The translations under genes were made by a program, and so were the position numbers. Shown here piece after piece: positions 14,689-25,675 of a stretch of 64,000 nt of DNA. How positions within the stretch are numbered: position 1 is the first letter of the stretch; every line of letters starts with the position of its first letter. The stretch lies in assembly GCF_018977255.1 (NCBI RefSeq), contig NW_024704743.1, positions 100,690,001 to 100,754,000 on the forward strand, read 5' to 3'. A model generated the notes under the pieces. That model was not told the DNA's origin and made no database searches. It saw nothing but the letters and a program-made list of their open reading frames with translations. Source of the DNA: Callorhinchus milii (lineage: Eukaryota).

Positions 14689-14879
14689 TCAGTTCTTTTC
14701 TCTTCGTGAGCTGCCTGCTGCCTCCAGCAGTGAACCTTTCTTCGCCTTTGCTTCCTTCTTGCCTTTGTGCTTTCTTTCTTGTGTGTACTGGTGCACAGCC
14801 TGTCGAACGACCTTGTCCACTATCTGCTTACTGACACTCTGCAGCTCTTCTTCCTGTGGATCATTCTCGGGCTGATCAC
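14689..14879 (-). CDS. AKAIN1: AKAIN1-like (A-kinase anchor inhibitor 1 / C18orf42) coding exon 2
   Basis: Acceptor ctcctggcag|GT (phase 1), then GDQPENDPQEEELQSVSKQIVDKVVRQAVHQYTQERKHKGKKEAKAKKGSLLEAAGSSRREKN and TGA. LQSVSKQIVDKVVRQAV matches the AKAP7/AKAIN1 PKA-R-binding amphipathic helix (human AKAIN1, recalled: LQNASKQIVQNAILQAVQQ). The position downstream of ZBTB14 on the same strand is syntenic. Confidence 0.88.
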
Positions 14880-15054
14880 CTGCCAGGAGATTGTAGACAT
14901 GAATGCCATTGAATCAACTAACCATTGTATTTTAATGCAATGTGACTCTCCAAGGTGTCCTATTACATATAGTGGTAAAAAATAAAGTTTCATCAATGGT
15001 AATTAACACAAAATTGCCACCCAAACATCTGAAAGTGTCTCACAGGTAATTACT

Positions 15055-15605
15055 GAACAACAACAACAACTTGCACTTATATAGCGTCCTCCACGCAGGA
15101 TGGCGTCTCAGAGCGATTAACAGAGGCGTAGCCTGACTCCAAGCTGGGGGAAGGGGGGAAGTAGGAAGTGGTCATAAACGCGGTTGAAGAAGAAAGTTAT
15201 CAGTGGGAACTTGAAAGAGACGGCAAGGCAGATGGATTGAGGGAGAGTGTTCCAGAGTTTTGAGGCATAGTGGCTGAAACCACGACCTCCGATGGTGGGG
15301 TGGAAGGTGTGAGGGACGAGCAGGAGGCTGGTGCCAGTCGAGCGGAGGCGCTGGGTGGTGGATTAAGGAGTGAGGTGGTCGGAGATGTAGGGAGGTGCCA
15401 GGGAGTGAATGGATTTGAACACGAGTGAATGGATTTGAACGCTATTGACCCTCCTCTTCGACTATGCCATCGGCCACCCCCTTTGCCCTCCCTTCCCTTC
15501 TCCCCCCCTGACCCCAGCTCAGGTCTGAAATGCTGTACACTGTCCAGCGCCTTGGGACATCCTCCCGACATGAAAGGCACTATACAAATGTAATCTTGTT
15601 GTTTT
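15055..15605. mobile_element. Two L2 3' fragments in opposite orientation
   Basis: Minus copy about 15055-15430 with (caa)n at its left end. Plus copy about 15445-15605 ending in (ttg)n. Confidence 0.7.
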
Positions 15606-17213
15606 TGTAGTGCCTGTTTTTGCAGGCAAAAGTGACAGCCATTTGTACTACAAATAGCTAGGAGTAAATGATCAATTAATCTGGAAAACTGCTGCTCAGG
15701 ATATGAGGAGAAATCCATGTAAGGAGACAAAATATATTCCAGTATTGAATATTGCAATAAGGAAAGTATTTAAAATGTCACTGAATTGCAGTATTTGAAT
15801 GACGTGGTCTATGGAACTTTTGATATCTAATCTAGTAGTTAGATGTTCACTAATGTTCATCAATTTTATAAAATAAAGCTTACCTTCCAGAGGCTGGTAT
15901 TTAGGCATTCAGCATCTCTGCCCCCACAGTCTGGAACTCCCGCAATCCCTCCACCTCACCCCCTCTCTTGTCTCCTTCAAGTCTCGTCTAAAGACCTTCC
16001 TCTTCAACCGTGCCTTCAACCACCCCTGTCCTCCACCTTTCTTGACCCCAATTTCCAACTCGGGTCCAAAAAAAGCCTGATCATCCAGCACTCTGGGACG
16101 TCTTTGCAACATGAAGGGCACTATACAAGTGTAATTTGTTGTTGTTATTACATTGAACCCTGACTGCAGCTTATATTACAACTCATATTAGAAGTGTCCT
16201 CAAATTACATCAAGATTGGTCTTCACTTAGTGTTGCTCTGCAGGAACTCCTGGAATCCAACAGTTTCTTCCATACAAATATTCTGAATTGTCCAGGCAAA
16301 GCCCTGCAACTTCCACCCTACCAAACCTGATCACATAATTTGTGCACTGCTGATATTGCCACTTTGCATTTGCACTACTGTCTTAATAGTGCACTGATAT
16401 TCTACGCATAGACAGCAGCGAAGGCCATCAATACCATATTATTTTACTGTTTGAGTAGCAGCAAAACAAAATATGTCATTGTTTAATTACAACATCAGCT
16501 TCCCGCTACCATTGCACTTCAGGAACAGATGCAGTAACAGTCACAAACAGGAAGTGATTTTATACTCCCAACTTCTCCTCTGTCCTGTCTTAATTATTAT
16601 AATGGAAACATTATTTCAACTGCATCTTAGATCTCCTGTTACGCAGTAGCTGTGTAACATTTGAAAGCAACCTGCCAATTAAAGATGAAGTGCAAACATC
16701 AATTATCTGTGAGCCAGTCTGCTCCATGGCATCAGAGGGCCAATTACTGGCGGAGCAGGGAGCCTGGGAAAGACAAGGGTCAGCCACAGCAAATGTCACG
16801 ATTGACAATTGCCTGCTTACAGCAAATATCAAATGCACAAACTAAGAGAGGCAAATGGTGGAGCTGCTATGAGAATTTTTTAATGAAAACTGTAGGTGTA
16901 AACGGTACTAGGTTAATCCATTTCTGAGGATAGCCAAGATACCAAATTCAGCTTGTGTCACCAAATATTTCTGCTGTGTTTTATGATTCCTCTCAGGCCA
17001 ATTCAAGCAGCAACGTCACAAGGAAAGTTAATAATAAAAATTCTTGCATTTGATGTAGGGCCTTTCATGTCAGGAGGTGTCTCAAGGGCTTCACTTTGGT
17101 TTCCACAACAATTCAGTGAGATTTACTGTAAAATGTAGTGACCTTGTATTTGTAGGCGAACACATCAGCTAATTTGTGCACAGCAAATGTCCCACAAACA
17201 GCCATGAATTTGT

Positions 17214-17562
17214 GGAATCTTGTAGCTCAGTGGTTAGAGCACTCATCCCGCAGCAAGAGATCTGGGTTCGATTCCCAGCATATTGGACAAATTTCCTTAC
17301 TCAATACTAGTTACTTAGCAGCAAGTAGGAACCCGATTGTTAGTCGATTGGCGGATTGCTTTTCCAAAGATAATAAACACTCAAAAAAAAATGTGGTCAC
17401 TCACTCCACGATTGTTTGGGGGACACTGCTGTGTGCAATTGGCTGCCGCGCTTCGCCCACAAATATACAGTAAACTCACTTTACAGTATATTCTGGGAAG
17501 CGCTTTGAGACATCTAGAAGATGTGAAAAACGCTATATCAAATGCAAGGATTATTATTATTA
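17214..17562 (+). mobile_element. tRNA-derived SINE, variant subfamily
   Basis: Head tgtagctcagtggttagagc..ggttcgattcc, core ctgtgtgcaattggctgccgc, tail aaatgcaaggattattatt. A related variant lies on the minus strand at about 36997-37347. Confidence 0.8.
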
Positions 17563-19065
17563 TGAAGTGAATGATCAATTTCATCTGAGTTGGTCAACAC
17601 ACTGGGAGATACTTCATTTACTTTTTCGAATAATGTCTTCGCATCTTTAATGTCCACCTGAACAGGCAGACAGAACTCTGGTTTTCTGTTTAATTTGAAG
17701 GACGGCACCTCCAATATTGCAGCACTTCCAGCTTTACATTAGAATTTCAACCTAGACTATGCAAGTTCCCAATATACGTCTTGAACCTGAGTTAGAGGCA
17801 AGATATAGTTGAGGTGGTTAACATCTATTATTGTACACTTTGGTGATGAAAAAATGACATTTGAAGTATTCCTTTAAAAGTCATTGGGACACTAGTTTTG
17901 AGTGGAGGCTTTATTGGTTTCCACAGCCTACATTTACAATAGAGCTCCATCAATTCGATCTTCGATGAATCACTTCCTCAAGCTGATTGCAATGGTTGTA
18001 CAGCAGCACAAATAACCATGTCTTTAACTCCATTTATAGTAAGAGAAGAAGGGATGAAATGATTCTGTGTGATTTTCATCTTGAACTGGTGTGGAAAGCA
18101 AAATATACACAGGTTATAAGCAATGTTTGGCTACAAAATACACAAATCATTACACTTTACACTAAATCTTGTGAAATACCGAGATTTCCTCCTGACATGA
18201 AAGCCCTAAGTCAAATGCAAGGATTATCAGTATTATTATATTTTAGTCAGTTTCTTTTCTTGTAGCAAGAAGTGTGTTCACTGAGTGAAGGGAGTGGCCA
18301 GGTTTGTAGGGTTTAAGGAGGTCAAACAACAGATTTGATCTGATAATATCTGATGCGATAATTATCATGTACATGAGTAGAACTTCCACCTGGGTCCAGA
18401 TCTACTTTTTAATTCAAAATTTCAGTGTACATCATTTGGCAAATTGTTCAAATTTTGACTTGAATTGGTTTTCGGTAATTCTGAAAAGAAAGTTATAGAA
18501 AACGAGGCTTCAAAATTAAAGGTTATATTTTTAAAAAATGCCAAATTGTGGAGCCTCTGAAATCCCACATTTATAGGGTAAATCAGACGCAGGTGAAATT
18601 TCTACCCACAGATCTGTTATGAAATGTCAAATTTACCCTCTTTGCTCCAGTTACTTCATGTTGGAGTAGGAAGAGAAGCTCATGATTGCCCCCTCGAGGG
18701 GCAGCCATTATAATAGCAGGTCTCCACCTCACTGAGAGTCTTCTAAACTTTGAAGCGAGGAAGGAATGAGGCCAGGTTGGTGGAGGGGCGATTTTCTCCT
18801 TATCAGTAACAGTGTGGGTCTTTTTAATCACAATATTCAGCTAGATCAACAATTAAACACTGTCAGCAGATGTGTTTTTTTTCAAAAAAACATAACTATT
18901 ATTTGTGCATTTAATAAACAAACAAGTAACTGAATGAATGAGTTATAGTTTTCATTCAGCGGGTTTATTATTTCTGGGTGACATTGTTTGTGGGGCTTTG
19001 CTGGAATGCTTGTGTGTGTTTGTCGAGGTGTACATTGTTACACTGTCATCATAGTAAGATTTCCA

Positions 19066-19510
19066 ATACGAATTCAAGATCCTCATCTTCGCCTACAAGG
19101 CCATTCACGGCCTTGCTCCCTCCTACCTCTCCGACCTACTATCCCCCTATCTACCTGCCCGTACCCTCCGTTCCTCTGGCTCTGGTCTGCTCCACATCCC
19201 CCGCCCCAACCGCCCTACCATCGGTTGCCGGGCCTTCAGCCTCTCAGCCCCCAGGCTCTGGAACTCCATCCCCCAGTGCCTTCGCCTTGCTTCCTCCCTT
19301 TCCTCCTTCAAGGCCGGTCTCAAGACCTTTCTCTTTGACCGTGCCTTCAGTTCCCCTCTCGATTCTCTACCCCTCCTCGCCCCCTCCCTTCCCTCCCCTC
19401 ACCCTGACCATTTCCCCCCTGCTCGGGTCCTGACCAAACTGTCCAGCACTTTGGGACTTCCTCCCGACGTGAAAGGCGCTCTATAAATGAAATCTTGTTG
19501 TTGTTGTTGA
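19066..19510 (+). mobile_element. L2 LINE 3' fragment
   Basis: FKILIFAYKAIHGLAPSYLSDLL..., stem-loop tail and (ttg)n. Confidence 0.85.
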
Positions 19511-20765
19511 TTTAAGGTGTGATAGTAACCTTGAACCTTAAAAACTACAGATCACTCATGCCATCCCAGCTAATAACAGAAATGTTATTTTAATACCAGC
19601 TTCAGTGGCCAAATTTATGGTATTTGCAAAGCCATAGCCCATTGGACAAGTCTCTCTGCTCTAAAATTCCTCCTTCCATTTATATAATCCAGACAAAATG
19701 AATACATGCCCACTCACTTCCAGGGATCACTGATTAATAATTCCACTATGAACACTTATTGTTTGGATTAACTGTCATGACCTATATTATTAATAATACC
19801 ACATTACACATGGTTTGCACTTGTCAAATAATGGAATCCACACATATGTATATACACACAAACACTCCGTGGCCCTGCTGACAATAGATCAGAAAAGTAG
19901 CAATTCACAAAATAAAAATAAATCCCTATCATCGTGATTCTAGCCCTGGCTGGCAGCTAATTACATAACAGTCACATTGGTAGCAGTAAACTTACATAAC
20001 TAAACCTTTCGTAAACAACTACAACAACTTGCATTTATATAGTGCCCTAATAGCCAAGCTCAGTTGGTAGTACTCTTGCGTTTAAGTCAGAAATTTGTGT
20101 GTTCAAACCCAAAATTCCTTAAAAAATAAATGGATTACTCAATCTATGACTGTTTGTGGGACACTGCTGATTTCCACTGGCTGCCTTGTTTTGCCCACAA
20201 AATATATAATCAATTCAGTTTACTGTATATTCTGTGAAGCGCTTTGAGACTTCTCAAAGATGTGATAAGATGCTTTATCAAATGCAAGGATTATTATTAC
20301 TGTTAGGATTTTGAGCTCACATAGTCCAGTGCTGGGGGGGTGTGCTTCATTGTTGGAATTGCAATCCTTTAGATGACCTGTTAAACCGATGTCCTGTTCA
20401 GGTGGATGTTCAAGGTCCCAGAGCACTAGTCGAAAATAGAAAGGAGGTTCGCCCAGTATCCTGGCTAAGAATCATATGGATAAAATTGGTGTGGAAATTG
20501 ACTGCTGTATTTGCCTGTGAAGTGCTTTGAGATGTCCTCCTGCCGTGAATGATGCTGTATCAAATGCAAAATGCAAGGAATGCTATAAATTGGGCAGCAA
20601 CACTCCCAAATTCCTAACTAATTCAGGACCAACAGGTTTCTGACAACTTCTGAAAAGAACTGCTTATTTGAGGTCTAAGTTACAAGTTAGGTTAACAACC
20701 CATATACAAAATAAAAACAGAAGTCGCTCAGCAGGTCAGACAGCATCTACGGAGAGAGGAAAGTG

Positions 20766-20802
20766 AGTTAACATTTCAAGTCAATGACCTCTCATCAGAA
20801 CT
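20766..20802 (-). ncRNA. Degenerate minimal hammerhead ribozyme core
   Basis: Minus strand reads AGTT-CTGATGA-G-AGGTC-ATT-GACTT-GAAAT-GTT-AACT. Confidence 0.5.
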
Positions 20803-20927
20803 GGGGGATGTTGGAAGGGAGGGGATTATAAAGAAAAACAGAGAAGGGGCCAGGAAAAGAAAAGCTGAACTTGTTCTCACATTGAACAACTTTTCCACTT
20901 ACAAACTGCTCCCTTGCAACATCCCCC

Positions 20928-20964
20928 AGTTCTGATGAAAGGTCATCGACCTGAAACATTAAAT
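20928..20964 (+). ncRNA. Degenerate minimal hammerhead ribozyme core
   Basis: AGTT-CTGATGA-A-AGGTC-ATC-GACCT-GAAAC-ATT-AAAT: CUGANGA and GAAA boxes around a 5-bp stem II. Confidence 0.55.
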
Positions 20965-22204
20965 CACACTCCTGTCTCCATTGATGCTGCCTGACCTGCT
21001 GAACATTCTCAGCGACTTCTGCTTTTATTTCAGATTTCTAGCATTCTGCAGTATTTAACCTGTACAGAAGATGGGTTAACGATTTGCAAAAGCACACAAA
21101 TGTCCTTAATTATGTTACTAACAACATGAAGTATTCCAGCATCAGTTGTAAACCTCTCCACTGACTGTTAACTATGTAAGTAAAGGCACTAAAATTTCTT
21201 CTCTGCACAATATGTTTTGCACATGCTTTACCCAACCTGTGTATTTTGATTGTGGGAAAGTTAAACCAACTCATAAATAAGACTCCACTGCCATCAGAAT
21301 AAAAGTGATCACATGCACACCAAGAAGACATCTCAGTTATAATTTAAAAAAGTGGTCACTCAATCCACAACTGTTTGTGGGACACTGCTGTGTGCAATTA
21401 GCTGCCACATTTTGCCCACAAATTATGCAGTCAATTCACTTTTCAGTATATTCTGTGAAGCGCTTTGAGATGTCTTGTAGACTTAATAAAGCGCTACATC
21501 AAATGCAAGGATTATTATATTATTATGATCATGAAATATCTCGACAGAGGACTTGAAACTAGGTATTTTTCTTTGTTCATATAACATAGAAATACGGAAT
21601 CAGAAACTCTTAAATTTTTTATTTAAACTTCACAAAGCAAAGGCAGGTGACAGAATATTAATTAAATAAAATTAGATTAAATAACAAAAATGTAAAGCAG
21701 GGTTTTTAAATAAGAAAGAAACTGAGTATTGCCTGTTTAACTAGTGGAAAATGCGTCAGACTATTATTTTGGTAAAGTATTTTGAGAATGCTTTTTAATT
21801 TAAACATCAGATTGCCTGCAAAAACAAGAGATTAAGCTTATAATGCAGGTTGGCATGAAAAATGGCAACAATACACTTTTCAATGAATTAATAATTGTTA
21901 AGAGAGCTTTAACTTGGCTTAAACTAATATTTCAGATAAAACAATTGATATATTGTACCTTGATATTATGAGCTAGCTCTCTGTCACGGGTGTTGTTGAT
22001 ACAGACTTAGAAACAGAAATGAACAAATATAGGTACTAGTCAATATCCTTCAATACTATCATGTGTCACTTATTATATCTTTTTCTACTTAACAATGGTT
22101 AGATATGAGGCATATAGGTTCCTTTCCAGTCCTTATTAAAACTTTTTAAGAGTACAAAGTGCATCTATAGCATTTATAGTCAAGCAGAAGTAATTGTTTC
22201 TCAC

Positions 22205-22220
22205 CTGCATCTAACACCAT
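22205..22220 (-). CDS. AKAIN1: AKAIN1-like coding exon 1 (MVLDA + first base of Gly)
   Basis: ATG GTG TTA GAT GCA G|gtgaga. The strong donor is phase 1, matching the exon-2 acceptor. Same length and start as the recalled human N-terminus MVFAPG. Confidence 0.8.
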
Positions 22221-24279
22221 AGTACAGTAGTGGGTTGATACACAGAGTTGAGTTAGTAACAGCCGAGAATGTGAGAGATTCGGTATTCAGTCAGGTCTGG
22301 TGATGAGAATTACTGAACAAAACCAGTCGTCTTCCCTTCTTGCCCAACAAAATGATTTGAGACTGTTCTCGAACTGAAAAAATGACTGACAATCCAAGGC
22401 TGTCATTTGCAAATGGTCTTTTTTGGGGGGACTGATCAGATCGCTACTTGAAACCTTCTCAGCGGGAAGACAGCTAATTGCTCCTAATTGCAGGCTGCCA
22501 TTCCTGAAGGGTGGATCATGGCATTAGCATTCTCACTGCCAGAGCTCCAGTTAAACTCACAGAACACTGATTCAAATATCTGTTTTTCTAGTCTAACAAG
22601 ATTCCATATGCAGAACAATTGACAATGATTGAATCTAAACAAATAGTCTGAATTATCACTGTAATTGTCTCTGGATAAAAAGCCCAGCATGTTTTATGTG
22701 TATAACATTTGGAGGATATAAATATTTTACTATGGTTTAATGATCACATTTGTCTGTTCATTCTCTATATGCAGATAAGGACTTTGTGATACTATCTTAA
22801 TAATTTTTGAATATCCTGGACATTGTATACGGATTAAACTTAATCGCGACAACGTTTTTTAAATTTGGCAATTAATCTTTAGTCATTATGTCATCTTTTT
22901 CCTTTTCTTTATTACGCTTCCCTAATAATAATAGTCCTTCCATTGTCATCACTCTACAAAAAAGGTACTATGTAAATGCAAGTTGTTGTACTTCTGACAC
23001 CTGAGAAGAGATGAACAGATGATTTGACTTCAATGGTAATGTTCTTCAGAGTTATATCGTAGGAACAAAAAAACATTTGCTATTCTCACCTAAATATTGT
23101 TGCTGCTTTTATCGTTTGTGCCCCCGACTCCAGAATTCTTTCATAATGCAAATGTGTTACAATTTTAAGTGTACTTCCTGATTATTAACAATCAGAAAAT
23201 ATGTAGAATAGTAAACAATGCATTGTTGATTAATCCCTTATAAAGATGCTGAATAAATACTTGTTTCGTTGAGGCTGGTCTGTAAATGTATTGATCTGGC
23301 AGTGTGATTTTATTGGACTTTCTCTAGAGAATATACACAGAAAATAAGGCTCGGTGGTGCTTTATGATGGGAATTTGGAAATGCCATTATTCCTGGATTG
23401 GTTAATATACCTTACTTATATTGATACCTTGGAGTTTTCACTCTTTGATATAGGAGGATACTCCACATTACCTGCTTGGAACTTTTATCTGTGGATATTC
23501 AGCATAATCAGGAGATTAAATAAATCAGGGAACACCCATTCCAACACATTTGTACATGATTAGAACCACAGAAGCTTTACACAGAAGAAGGCCATTTGGC
23601 CTATCATGTCTATTTTCACTCTTTTAAAAAAATTCATTCATTCCCATTTACTTACCGTCTGAAATTGTATTATTTAGGGTATACTTCCTTGCCTTATTCC
23701 TTTTCTCAAAATGTCTAACCTCACACCTTTTCTACATTAAATTCCATGTGCCATCTCTGTACCCAATTTATTAATCTAACCATGTCTTCCTGAACTTTTT
23801 AACTAACAGCCACACTTCCTGAACCAGAACGATACTTTAAGATGCATGAAGACAATAGAATGAGAGGACACAGGTTTAGAGTTGCAAAAGGTAATTTCAG
23901 GATAGATACCAAGAATTATTTCTGTACCCGGAGCGTAATTGTTTACTTGAATAGGTTGCCAGAAAGGACGGTTGAGACCAGGACACTGGACTCCTTTTAA
24001 CAACAGCTTGATGTTGTTATGGAATGACAAGTGTTCTAGAAGGATGAGATCAGATGGGGCGAAGGGCCTTCTTCATCCGAACTAATTTTGTGTCATCTGC
24101 AAACGTAGAAATTGTACCCCTTATACCAGAATCCAAACTGTGTATATAATTGGAGATACGTAGTGATTCCAACACAGACCCTTGGGGGGACATCACTAGT
24201 TACATTTCTCCATTTCAAATCATGCCTATGTGCTCCTGAACTTTGTTTCCTATTTTTTAACCAACTTTACTTCCATGCT

Positions 24280-24604
24280 GGGGTCCTGTAGCTCAGTGGT
24301 TAGAGCACTCGCTTTGCAAGTGAGAGACCTGAGTTCAATTCCAGACAGGGCGAAACCTTGGGCAAGTTTCCTTACTCCACACGCCTAATAATAATCACTC
24401 CAAAAACCCAAAACAATAATAAATTGGTCATTTTCAATCTACGACTGTTTGTGGGACATTGCTGTGCGCAATTGGCTGCCGCATTCGCCCACAAATATAC
24501 AGTCAATTCACTTTACAGTGTGTTCTGTGAAGCACTTTGGGACGTCCTCCCGACATGAAAAGTGCTATATCAAATGCAAGGATTATTATTATTATTATTA
24601 TTAT
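24280..24604 (+). mobile_element. Young tRNA-Ala-like SINE, full length
   Basis: A box tagctcagtgg, B box-like gagttcaattcc, conserved core and (tat)n tail. Confidence 0.9.
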
Positions 24605-25199
24605 GCTGCCACCTTATTACCATGCACCTTAGTTTTTCTTAACAAGCCTCCTATGAGGCACCTGATCAAAAGATCTCGAAAAAAATCTTTTGAGTTGCAA
24701 AAATAAAATTTAGATGAAATGAGGCTCAGAGTAAGAACAGCAAACTAATAGCAAATAAAAATGATTCAATCAGGAGGAGCACCAAATCTAAACATAAATT
24801 GGCCCACTTTAGCTTCATTTATCAACAGCCCAAATTTGGACATCTTTAGATGGTTGGTGTTGTCCCTTAAAAAATAACTGATGCTCCTTTTGATGTATAT
24901 ATCACAATACTCACTTGTCTGTTACACAATTTCCTGCGTGTCCTAAATGTCTTAAAATGGGCTTCTATCTGTTGCTTGAGTAAATTTCCATTGTCCTGGG
25001 GATCAGTTTTGGGGGAGTGGATCTAACAAGGACTGGATAAAGAATCTCAAAACCTATTTCTAAGATGACTGTTACAGTTAGAAGAGAGATTAGACTTTTA
25101 TCCCGACTAAATTGAATTAAGGTCCCAGAAGTGAAAGTGCAGTGTGCTCGCTGCACTGTAATATCCAAGACTATTTACCTGATCACTGGCAGTTTAGTG

Positions 25200-25675
25200 A
25201 ACAACAATAGCGACAACAACAAAATTACATTTGTAAAGCGTCTTTCATGTTGGGAGGATGTCCCAAGGTGCTGAACAGTTGGGGATCAGGACTTGAGCAT
25301 GGGGGTTACAAGGTTGGGGTGAGGGAGTGCAGAGGGGGTAGGAGGGCAGCTGAAGGCACAGTCGAAAAGGAGGGTCTTGAGTCGTGCCTTGAAGGAGGCA
25401 ATGGAGAGAGCAAGGTGAAGGGATTGCAGGATGGAGTTCCAAAGGGTGGGGGCAGAGAGGCTGAAAGCCGGGACGAAGATGGTAGGGCGGATCGGGCGGG
25501 ACACATGGAGCGAGCAGGAGCCAGCTGAAGGGAGGCAGCGGACAGGTTGATAGGTGATCGGCAGGTCAGAGAAGTAGGAGGGGGTAAGGCCTTGAAAGTG
25601 AGGATGAGGATTTTGAATTCTATCCTCTGAGGGATGGGGAGCCAGTGGAGCCGGGCGAGGGTGGGAGGGATGGTG
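25200..25675 (-). mobile_element. L2 LINE 3' fragment
   Basis: AFSLSAPTLWNSI...SFKARLKTLLFD, plus the L2 tail. Confidence 0.8.

Larger units (their letters stand above)
20708..21056. mobile_element. Penelope-type inverted-repeat (hairpin) element
   Basis: Arms at about 20708-20825 and 20906-21030 are imperfect reverse complements (cagcaggtcagacagcatc/gatgctgcctgacctgctg; catcagaactgggggatgttg/caacatcccccagttctgatg). The family assignment rests on recalled resemblance and on the hammerhead motif. Confidence 0.7.

Noticed and set aside
18635..18710. Minus-strand ATG..donor (MAAPRGG...) as an AKAIN1 first exon
   Set aside because: The available donors are phase 0 or 2, incompatible with the phase-1 acceptor at 14879.
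24280..24350. tRNA-Ala(UGC)-like sequences at SINE heads (also near 6250, 11520, 34740, 36350, 43565)
   Set aside because: The acceptor stem is not closed and each copy continues into SINE body, so these are SINE heads rather than tRNA genes.
24358..24706. Recurrent ORFs such as MGKFPYSTRLII... and WDIAVRNWLPR...
   Set aside because: Chance translations of the multicopy SINE, not a gene family.
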